NCBI GenBank assembly: GCA_002633005.1
Contig: NMRA01000417.1
Span: 200,158-264,157 of the forward strand
Direction: 5' to 3'
DNA length: 64,000 nt
From: Phoronis australis
Taxonomy: Eukaryota; Animalia; Phoronida
The notes beneath the pieces were generated by a model. That model saw only the letters and a list, made by a program, of their open reading frames with translations, searched no databases and was not told where the DNA came from. The position numbers were made by a program, and so were the translations under genes. The first letter of the stretch is position 1; each line of letters starts with the position of its first letter. This document shows, piece after piece, positions 39,701 to 51,700 of the stretch.

Positions 39701-42700
39701 TCCTCCCTCCCTCACCCCTCCCTCCCTCACCCCTCCCTCCCTCACCCCTCCCTCCCTCACCCTTCTCTCTTTCTCTTGAACTACCAGCATGGAGTTATCC
39801 CACAATTTTTGATTGACCTATTTATCACATTAGCCAAGTCTACATACACCTATAGGATGTTAACTTTACCTGAAGCAGTAGTTATCAGCTCATGTACTGG
39901 AGGCTAGGCTGTTCTGATGAGGCGTGATGAACTTTTTAATGAGCAACATTGTGCGTGAGACAGCAGCCAGTGTCGGCATCTCAGGTGAAGTTGTGGTTGA
40001 CTGGAGTACATGCGTTGAGTGTGGTGAGGGGTTTAGCTGTTGCGATTTTGTGTATAGGGTGTGTGGCAGTGTGACCATCTGGTGACAACACTTTGGTATG
40101 ATTTTTACTGATTGGCTGGATGGTGATAATGATTTGATCTGGTGTTATACCAGTATTTGCTGACTTACTACTATTAATATAAATAGGATGGGTTACAAGA
40201 AGATGACGTATTTCTCCAGGACTGTAGCTGACTGAAATAACCAGCCAGGGCTCTCGACTTTTGCCCTATTCCTAGGATTACCTCAGGCTCTCCTAGCCAG
40301 TATTGAGACATGCATTCACTATTCTATTTGAGTTGTGTTCAACCATTACCTAATGTAACACCATCAGGAGTGTGTGGCCACTTAATCCAACAAGTGTTGC
40401 TGCTAATGTTTTCAGAGGCACTTTTTATGAGCTGCTGTTGAGATATGCAAGTGTTCGTGAAAGACGTTCTGCAGATTTTTTTTAAGTATGCAATTAATGC
40501 CAAAATGAATTTGTTATTACCTAGTTCAAAGTTTGTAGCATGATAGGAAAGCTTTGTTACGTAACCCAGTGTAAAATTTGTGAAAATTATTCTGTAATGG
40601 GATCAATTGCTACCTCATGCTTTTGATTGAAATTAAAAATTTCAAATAATAAAAACATAGGCATGCTGCAAAGGTTTAGACATGATAAGTAGATTTTGAA
40701 ATAGTTTCGTTTTTAAAATGTTCTTAGAAAGTTGTCTCATCTGCATTCAGTCATGGAATTCCCAGGAGGGAAGGCACGAGTAGGGTGAAGTGGTGTCTGC
40801 TTCTGACTTGTTTCTTGACAAACGACTGTTTTAACTTGAATCCAAATGAGATGTGTCTTATCTCTGTTATCCATCAGTACATGGTAGCTGACTTGTGCTG
40901 CTGTTTCAGTTGAGAAGGCCAAACAGTTACATGGGCATGATGACTCCGACCCCTTACTGAGCCCCAAGACACCCAGTGTGTTCCAGATGCAGCCTCCGGT
41001 CACCGAGGTGAACGAGAATGAGACAGGTAAGAATGCATTCACACCTGGTGATGAGGTCACAACCTGTTGAGCCTGGTAACTGTGAGCTCTTGCTCTTCTA
41101 ACTTAAGTCATATTTTTCTTCAGGAAGTGTCCAAATTACGCCGTTGTTTACTTTTATTTGAAAAACATTCTCTGTATCTCTTAAGTTTGATTTATTCTAT
41201 GAAAAACAAAATGTATAATTCACGTCATCATTATTACAGTTCCGAGCCTTTCTTGATCTATGACTTGTGGTCAATTCATACATTGTTCAGCAGCAAGGAC
41301 ACAATTATCAGTTGTAAGGGTATAAACTACACCTGACCTAGTCCTGGATGATTGATCCTGCTGTCAGTTTTAACGATTTTGTTTTTGTTTCATTGAAACA
41401 GCTGCTCATTTTTGTCAACAACTGTGAAATGTATAAACTGATGAAGACATCTGCTATCAATGGATTTTAAAATATATAAGGATTTCTGTTTCGCTTCATC
41501 CCATTCCGTTTTCAGATAAAATTATTCACTTTGGGGGGAAAAACGGAATTATAGAAATTGTCATTTTTGCAGTTCTTAGAGGCTTACTGCACCTCTGGAA
41601 ATGTTCAGAATTTTACCAAATGTTGTTTAATAGCAGTTTTGTCATACAAACCAAGCTAAACAGCAAGTACAATTTCTTTCTAAGTTACTTCATGAAGTTC
41701 CACCTGTACCAAACTTAAAAATAATTATTGTAACTAAAGTTACTTCGCTGCTTTTGAGCTATTGTAGCTATAGTCTTATGTGTGTCCATAGTTGTGTATC
41801 TGAGTGTTTGTGCCTATAAATACATGTAATATTAGCAGCTGTCGCTTGTGTATAGCTTTTGAGATGAGTCAGCCTTGCCTGGTATTGGCTCTGTTTTTCC
41901 TTTTGGTTTGTAACTGTGAAAGGTCTGCAACCCCTGGGTGTAATGTTAGTAATGTGACTTGAGGTGACATGGTGATCATAGTAGTATTACAGCTTTAGTA
42001 GATGATAGATTTGCTGACAACTTGTGTGTTAATGTTGTGCATGAATGGGATGTGAGTGATATATCTGTACCTCCATTGTTGGTGTAGTTAATTTATACTA
42101 TGGATGGTTGCTATTTTCAGCACCCCCTCGAGAGCCCCAGACCACGACTGCTGGGGGCAGCAGCTGGGTGGGTAAGCTGGTTGACCGTTACCAAGGAATG
42201 AGCAGCAATACGGACCACAAGTCTCCACCTCCTTCACCTCGAAGTCGCAGCCCTGAGGGGACACGGGCCATCAAGTGAGTACCCCTCTCTTGTATTGTCA
42301 TTAACAGGCATTGTTACTTGAGTAGCTGGTACTGTTTGGCATATCATAAACACATGGGTTGACTGAAATGGTCAACTGTGGGTACTGCTATGAGTGGTGT
42401 TGGCTCTCAATAATGATTTATCAATTAATCTGATCTGTATTTCATGGAAGGTCATTTTTTTTTCAACCAAAACTAGGTGTCAGTTATTCAAGCTTTGTTT
42501 TGATGAAAGAGTCAACGTTTTGGTTAGCATTTTATTTAAAATGATTTGATTGTTTTCCTAGACATATTTTAATGCGAACATTTCTGCTGCTTTTTCAGAA
42601 AAGAGGCGTTATCAAGGTCAGGATCACTTAAAAATGAACCGGTAAGTTAGAAAAACTTCTTCCATTGAAGATATATAATTAATTTGATTTCTTTGAAAAT

Positions 42701-45700
42701 TTGTATGCTTCACATTTCGTTTCATCGTGAACACTTGATTTTCCAATAGCACAGAAACTATTTGACAATTTTATGAAATTGATTTCTTTGTTATTTTATG
42801 AAATTGCAATATTTTGTTCCTGTTACAGAGACTTGGGACCAAGGTGAACCGAAGAGCAAAAAGGTATAATAGAGATTCTACACTTGCAGTGTTCTTCAAG
42901 ACAGTTTTAGGTCAAACAGAGCCTTGGCAAACATTTTCGTATTTAATTGTCATACCGGAGTTTTCTACCGACGTTCACAAGGAGTACATTCGGAAAATAT
43001 CAGTTTAGGGACCAGAAGTAAAATCTAAGTATATGTCTGAGGCATTTTCTCATTGAAATATGTGAATCAAAATTGTGGAATATTTAGTAAGTTTGGGATA
43101 CAGAAACACAAGTCTAAGTTAATGTGCTGAAGAGACGTCACGTGACTCTGCAATATGCATTTTTGAAGAATGGTAAGAGTCCAGAGCGAAGAGTATCTTT
43201 TCCCTAAATGAGCATCTTAGGGTTAATGTAGCAATATTAAGAACTTGCATGTATAACTAGAAAATGGATCCTTAAATTAATGAATCAAACCTTCAGTTGC
43301 AAGGTTGGTGTCCCTTTCCTGTGCAGTTAGGGAAAGTTTTAGGATTCACTCAATTTATGCGTATTCTCCCAAATGTGAGCCCTGGGCGTATCTGTAGAAA
43401 AGCTAACCTCTGTACACCCACTAGAGGGATCTTAATGTGGGCTTGTGTGATGGTTATTTGAAAAATATTATGGTCAATCACTCTCTTGTTGTGATTGATT
43501 ATTGTTAACTTCCTTAATGATGCACAGAGGAGAGAAGATGATCACACAAACATTTGTGGGTCATTGAAACCTTAATGCATTTGTTGGACCTGTCTGTGAA
43601 GCTGAACACTTGTAGTAATGAATATTCATGACATTGCGTAGCCTTGGAAGAATCCTGGTACAATATCCTTTCAACTGGAATAAGTTGGAAAACCTGAAGG
43701 CAGTATTGACAGCCATGACGGGAAAGTTTTTTTGTTTTCTTTTCCTGTGCACGGTACAGTCAAAAGCAGTATAGCATTGGGTTGTTGGAAGAGCTGGATA
43801 TATAATTGTCTTAGGACTCTGAATATTCTCGGTCTGGTGAAAGTAGTACGGGGGGCAGGTAGTGCCTTACCACTACCACTTGCAATGATGTGTTGGTTGT
43901 AATTGTTGTCTGTACATGTAATAGTTGCCTATATCTCTTGCAGTGATGTGAATGTGGATGAAGAAACCATCAAAGCATTAAGCGGGGAGTCCAACAATGA
44001 CAGCTCCAGTGCATCAAGTCTTTCAAACAAGTAAGTCCCTCGCTCACTCTCTCTTCTATCACAACACTTCGACATGCAAAGGTTATTTCTCCAGGAACTG
44101 AACAAAAACTGAGCTGGTTGCCTGGAGACCCAAGGCTGGCTCTAACTGCGGTTCATATGGTTGGCTTGAGAAAGGACAATTTAACTTGAGTTCAGAGCTT
44201 CCAGCATTTTAGTAAGCAGTACCACTATGACAATACTTGCACTTACAGTTGAAGGACTGTCTGGAGCCTGCACTACCACAAGGCGGCAATAACTGTTCCC
44301 ACCATTTTAAACATAGGATGATGTTCAAGACCTGCCATGACAAGTCCTGACAACTTTTTTATAGTACACCTTACACAGTAGTACACTGGACTGCGAAAAC
44401 TTAATACTACCTGTTGTCCTTGTACGTGTTACTAGTGTCTTGTATTAAAGGCCTCTGGTAGAATTTGTTAGTAAGTACAACAAGGCACTGTGAATTGAAC
44501 CTATGTTATCAACAGTTGTTGTGACGTCGGGGTTTTTAAGCTTTATTAATTTTCTTCCTAAGTGCATGTTTACTTACCGCCAAGACACAAATGAATCTGT
44601 TTTCTTCAGAAGTGCTGACAGCCCCAGCAACTCTACTGAGAAGCTGGAGCAGACAGTGGCGCCGTCTAGGCCCGCATTCTCCTCCCGATTCATAGCTGAC
44701 TCTGACCTGGAGGTGGAGCCTGAAATGCCTACATTAGACAAGCAGTTGCCAAAGGATGTGCTGAAGAAGTTGAAACCGAAGGAGAAGAAGCGACAAGAAG
44801 TCATCAATGGTGAGCATTCGTGAGGGGTGGGTAACACGGGCTTGGCTTGGTGCGTTGGTGTCCACAGACCTGTGTACCATATGCAAAAAAATGTGAATTC
44901 GTACGGAAATCAAGTCTCCAGTATACTAGTATGCATGACAAGGCAAAAATACGCAAATTCAGCAAATTCAAAAGAGAGTAATTTGCTTGTTTCTCAATAA
45001 ATGCGCCGATTTGTAGTCGAAACGGACGAGGAAGAAGATTTTTAAAGTTAGAAATTTAAAAAATGTTGTAAAATCATTATTTTAGCCAAAAAGTTGACCT
45101 ACAAATTCGAAAAACCTGCTTCGTTTCATTCTCGAAATAGGCTGATAATCTGCGAATCGCGAGGCCTCTTCTATCGGTATGTGTGTCACAGACCTAACCT
45201 ATAAGCAACGACTTCTGTGATTTGTGGATTGCTTACTTCGTCTAATTCTGGATATTTACTAAATACGTACTGTTGACAGAATGGCAAAGCATGAGTGGTC
45301 GCATATTCCGAGCTGTGAAGAAAGTAGCTTCTGAAAGAAGGGAACATCTGTTTTTACCACGTTATTCCAAAGAATGACAATGTCTTATTCAAGGGACTGT
45401 GGAATTTATACTGCAAGTTGCATAGCATGTTTTTTTTGCGGACATGATGACTGCACTGACTTCGTAGCATGTTGAGCCACAGTGGAGCCTCGAGCCTCGA
45501 GGTCTTTTCGCATGCAGTACGGTGGTACCTGTTCACAGTCATTTGCAATGAATAATTATTCAAAATTTTTTGAATGGTTAAGAAAATATCGTCTGGTGCA
45601 AAACATTGTCCAGTGCAGATTCATCAACACATTTTTGCAGATATGTTTTTGTGTTGAGAAATGAGGTGTACATTAGGCATGTATTAACATAACTAAGTTC

Positions 45701-48700
45701 AGTAAGGACATTTCCTATTGATTAACAGGATCTTTTCACGAAGCGTGTTGTCCCTCAACTAAACAACTTAAATTATTCTGAAAATTGATTATCAATTCAC
45801 TACGTGTATTTTAGAAACTGTTTCAGAGGCAAGTAAGTAGGAAAAGTACCCATGCGCGTACCGACGGGGGGGCTTGAATGAGTCCCCCATTTGGCAAAGT
45901 GGGCGAAAAGGTCCTGAGAGAAATCAAAAGTCCGAGAAAAGAAGACAAAAGTCCACTAAAGAGACAAGAATTTGGTGAAAGCTCTGAAAGCAGAGCAAAC
46001 CCGTTTTTATTAGTTAGTGAAAGGTCCACTACGAAAAATTCAACCCCCCCCATATGTTTGGGTAAATTTGGTCTGTACGCGAAAATCTGCAAATTTACTG
46101 AAAAATCTGAAAATTTGGTGTTCACAGTACTCCAATGCAGTTTTGGGGTACACAGGTCTGTATCCAGGAGGGGTGGGTGACAGTGGCTTGGGGTGTTGGC
46201 ATCTAATGAGGGGTGCATGACAGTGGCTTGGGGTGTCACTGGTCATGTGGTCTGGCCTGAGAAACGGTCTGCAAAGTGGCAGTATAATCTGAGACAAATG
46301 TGAAGTTGATTTGATCAAAGGCATAGCAAAGATAATAGATAAAGTCGGAGGAAACCATATTTTTCAAGAGAAAGAAGAATCATCCACTGGTATATTGTTT
46401 GATGACAAGAACATTTGATTTGTAATGTGACATAAAGAAGTTAATTTTAAGAACGAAATGATTTTCCAAAAGAAATGAGCACGAGTGTAGGTGATGCAAC
46501 TAATATTTTAAGGACTGCCAGGTGGTTTGCTTCAAAGAAAAGAATAGCAAATAAATATTAATCAAGATGATTGGAGATGAGACAGATGAGAGCCTGTTGT
46601 GTTCTCTATTTCTCAAATTGATTTCCCAAACAAAAATTGTTATAGACTTCCGTGGGTGTTCCTCCTGTTGTCCAGTTTGGTGACCGTTTGTACTTGTGTT
46701 TACAGAACTGTTTTTCACCGAGAAGACACATCTGCGCAACCTGAAGATTCTTGATCAGCTCTTTTACAAACCTATGATAGTAGACTCGTTTGTGTCGGAC
46801 AGTCTTGTCAGGACTGTGTTCCCCAACTTAGAGGAAGTGATCAAAGTTCACAGTATGTATTAGCATGTCTGTCTAGCTTATTAATTTATGCACTGAAAGC
46901 AATATAGCTGACAATGGAATAGAGCACAGAATAGTTCTGTGCTCAAACACCAGATGGAGTTTACAAGTTGTTGCTTAGCAGTTTTAGCAGTGGATTTATG
47001 TTGTCATAGAATGTGAAATGAGCTGTGTCCTTAAATATTTAGTGCCATTACAGATGGAGAGCTATTTGCATCAGTTGTAAATGAGCTCCGCTTATAGCTC
47101 ACATGAGGCAAATGTCTCAGTTGTTGGATTTCATTCATCTTGCGAACGCAAGTCCACACCTCACAGCATACATGCGAGGTGAGATAAGTGCTTAGCAAAT
47201 TACCGTTGGTAGCCTTTCAAATTATTTATAGCATCACATAACAACAAGAAATCTCTCTCGCTCCCTCATTGTAACTGTGTGTCCTATATTTTTGCTGATT
47301 ACTACAAACATAGTTTACTGGTGTGAGCATTTTGCGTTACTGTTTGCCGGTAACAATGACGTGAGGAAAATTTTCAGCTGATCTCGTAACTCTTTGCCTT
47401 GTCTTTGCCTTTCAGAGACTCTAAACGAATCCATGAAGAAGAGACACAAGGAGTCCCCGGTTGTACCTCAAGTGGCTGATCTTCTGTTGAACAGGGTAAG
47501 ACTCGGAGACATCCAATATGTATATCTAGAGTGAGTTGCAAAAATCTTCAAAACTTAATTTTTAATGAATAGGTTTGATTGTCACATGATGTCAAGTACA
47601 TTGTTCAACAATAGCTATATGATGCATGAGAAAGCAACATCAGCAGTAACTTTTATGTAACTGGGCCCAGGCTCAGTCATTAGTTTATTTTTCCTCTCAA
47701 GCCAAATTATTTGGTGAGGTGTAACTGAGCATGCTATTTTTTCAGACATTAGAAGTGGCCTTTGTTTTTATTAAAAAGCCAGTAATGCATATAAGCACTC
47801 AAATTGCAACACAACTGTGCTCACACACATTCTCCTGCTTGCCTAGCCATACAGAGAAAATAAACATTAATCCTTTATGGAAACTGGAGTCTGCTTCACT
47901 AAAATAGTAAATTCTAGCCTTAGCTTGCACGTCAGTTAACAACAATAACAGTCAGTGGCTGCCCCCTCTCATCAGCCATTAAACTACTGACTTCATACCT
48001 GTCCTTGCCAGTTTTGGAAATACTTAGCCTGCATATTCCAAATTATTTGGATTGTGAAACTTATATGTTGTTGTGAAACGGGCCCCTTGCTCCCATATGA
48101 ATTCATATCATGCTGTTGATAAGTGGTCAATAGTCTGAGCCTCGTTCATAGCATCATTCATGGAAAACCATTATTGATCATTTATCATAATTCCTCAGTG
48201 ATAAGAAATCATTTAGATTATTACGATTAATGATAAACCTTGTATGATAAATGATGTCAACTGTTAACATGACTCTTTTCTGCCATTTAAATAACATAAC
48301 ATTCAAATGATTGCCAAGAAATTGTTCTAACGTTATTCATGAGAAATTGTCATTGATCAAAAATTGCCTGTGACCAGGCAAATAGAATCTTAGCGATATT
48401 TGACTAGTCATTAACTGATTTCAAGATATGGTCAGTCCTAACTTTATCTGCATCCTATTTAGTTCGAGGGTTCAGCTGGTGATACGTTCAAGAGGGAGTG
48501 TGCTATGTTCATCAGGAACCAGTCCTATGCACTTGAGCTACTGAAAGTGAGGCAGAGGAAGGAACCCAAACTGGCACAGCTGTTAGCAGTGAGTAGTGGC
48601 TTCCTCTTCAGGAGAGATGGAGTTGGAGTTAAGGGGGTTGTGTTAGCTGACTGACATACTGGCTATTAAATAAGTCATTTCATGCTAAATGGAATCTTCT

Positions 48701-51700
48701 AGGAAAAGATCTTTTAACTTCACTGTATCAGTAGTTGTCATTTTTTCTCCCATGAATGATGAATTGTTGTCAGCCGGTCATGGCTATGACTTGAGTCTTA
48801 TATCTGCTGTTAACTTACTGGAACTTTTTGTTACTTGTTAAGCTTTACATTATGCAGCTGTCAACATCACATGTATTCATGAACATCTCCTGTATTCACA
48901 ACACCTTCTGATGACTTGCAGGATGCTGAAAGTAACCAACTGTGCCGCCGTCTTCAGTTGAAGGATCTAATCCCAACAGAGTTCCACAGGTTGACAAAAT
49001 ACCCTCTTCTCATTGAAAACCTCATGAAATACACTTCAGGTAGGCTCATATAGCAACAGATAGATACATTCTTGTTATATAAATTCATTTGGTCCGGTAA
49101 TTCTTCGCTTATTTCACACAAAAGCTAAAATTAAATTAATTTTCTATCTTTATGGGATGATTGATTGCCTTGCTGCATTTAACAGAAATTGTTTTTTATG
49201 ACATTTACACAATACTAACCACACTAATGATAAATTTTCAAAATCATTGTCTTTTGGGGGGAATTTTGTAAAATGAAATTAAATTTGTCTGCCGTAGTGG
49301 TAAAGAGGTGAAGAATTACCATGCTTCATTGTTTTATGTTAAATTTTATTTTTGTTACTTAACCCCTTCAGTACAACATGTCATACATTTGACTCATTTA
49401 TGTCCAATTAAACCATGGAACAATGAGGCCATTGTGAAAATTGTAGATATTTATAACCCCCATTTCTCCACTAGCGCCCTCTACCTGCTATCTCTAGTAG
49501 TACCCTCTGCTTTCTCCCATTGTTACCTGTGCTTGTGCAGGCACTCGTGCCACTTCTAAAAGCAGTGAGAAGATGGGACTGGTTGATTATTTCAGTGAAC
49601 ACTCCAGAACATGCCAGTCTGTCTCAGGCGCTAAAGTTGTCCAAGGAGATACTGCAGCATGTGAACCAAGCCCTGAAGGAGTGTGAGAATCAAAACAAAC
49701 TGCAGGAACTACAGCGCAAGTTGGATAAGAAGTCGCTAGAGAACTTGACTGAATACAAAGTAAGACCCACCTTCTAGTTATCGGTGTGTATTTATGAAAA
49801 AGCAGTAACAGTTATGTTCACACTGATTTCTTGGGAGGAGTTTGCGTTCAGCCTGAGTATTTAGCAGCTAAACATATCTGCCGTGGTAGTGATTTCTACT
49901 ACGCTGTTCTTAAGTTGTATTGCATTGCTGGTTTGTATGCCCAACCTCTGTTTCATAAATGTTCTCTACTTGATAGTGACAAGGCCTCGTGCCTACAGAT
50001 CCATTTTTTAATTCTTGATGTTAGTATCACGCCAACAATCAACTTATGACTGGAGATGAGGTTCACAAAAGTCGCCCCCTGTCACAGTTTTGTGCTAGTT
50101 TGTAAATTGCCAATAGCGATGAATTACCCATCCACTTCCTGCCGTGTGTTACGCAGTGCTGGTCATGTGACTTTTTGTGTTTGCAGAGCCTTGACTTAAC
50201 GCAACACAAGTTGCTGTTTAACGGTGACCTGACATGGCGGCTGAACAAGAACAAGTTGATAGACGTACATGTGGCCTTATTGGAAGACTTGTTGGTCATA
50301 CTCCAGCGGCAAGACGACAAGTATGTACTAAAGAGTCAAAGTATGACGGTCGTGGCTGACACAAAGTTCACTCACAGTCCCATCATCAAGCTGCCATCCA
50401 TATTTCTTCGCATTAACGCTTCAGGTAAGACAATAGATGACAGCTTTCTACTTGTCATCTGTTGGGTGTAAGTGTGGACTAAGCTGTTAGACGCTAAAAA
50501 TGAAAATTACCAATTGCATCGGCATAGACACCTTTCCTGTTGGTGTGTGAGTGATTGTGGACGTGTTTCTTTCTATTTTGTATAATATCTATTTGTCAGT
50601 GAAAGCAAACGACAAGAGCTTAAGTCTTAACGATGAGAAACATTATAAACAATATTCAGTATAAATTGAATTTGTTGTCGCCCAAATAAGTCATAACTTC
50701 TAAATGGATATTTCAAAGTTAATACCTTGTTGGGCATTTGTAATGAAATTCAAGAGTTATGACAGAACTTGACGGAAGGTGTGTGCTTTCTTGCATGTTA
50801 CAGATAAGCGAGCCTTCTTCTTAGTGTCAACATCAGGAGTGGGTCCTCAAATCTATGACTTGGTGGCTGTCTCGTGTGAACTCAGGAAGGCGTAAGTACC
50901 TTAGGCCATCACTTCATATCCCCATCAGTATATACCCCCATCACTTCATTCCCATGTCAGTTTGTACCCACATCAGTTCATGTCCATGTCAGGTCATGCC
51001 CACATCAGTTCATGCCCACGTCAGTTTGTTTCTACATCTGTTCGTGCTTACATCCGCTTTTGCCCACATCAGTTCGCACCCACATTTGTTTGTACCCACG
51101 TGAGTGAGTGCCCATGTCCATTCATGCCTACGTCCATTTTTGCCCTTATCATTTCATGCCCACGTTAGTTCATGCCCACATCAGCTTCATGCCCAAATCA
51201 GTTCTGCCCACGTCGGCTCGTGCCCAGGTCAGCTCAAGCCCACATCAGCTTCATGCCCACGTCAGTTCCCACCCATATCAGCATCACTTGGTACTCACTA
51301 CAAACGTGGCTTCTCTGTGTCCTGCTGGCTGAGGTATGGTACTTGCGAATGATCAAGTCAATTAAACATGTCACTAAAGCAATATTATACAAAATTAACA
51401 TGAACTGATCTCCAGGGTGGTGCTGGTCCATGTGGACTGATATCCATATGAACTGAAGTCTGCATGGTCTGATACGTTCGAGTGATTGGTCTTTTTTGTT
51501 TTATTACACGACCACTGAATACTTCTTTCCTCTGTTATTTTTCTGTCTCTCGTTAGATAAGCGTGTACTTGCCTGCTTTGATGCATTCACTTCTGCTTAC
51601 ATTGTGATCAGGGTTATCGTTTCTACATCGTCTGATTAGTCAGATGTGAACAGCGACACATGAGATCCAGTTGGGTTGAATAAAAAGTGATATTCCGTGT

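Noticed and set aside
39548-39907. Pro-rich and Gly/Arg-rich ORFs
   Set aside because: Translations of a CCCT simple repeat.
50855-51431. His/Pro/Cys-rich overlapping ORFs
   Set aside because: Produced by the 16-17 bp minisatellite.
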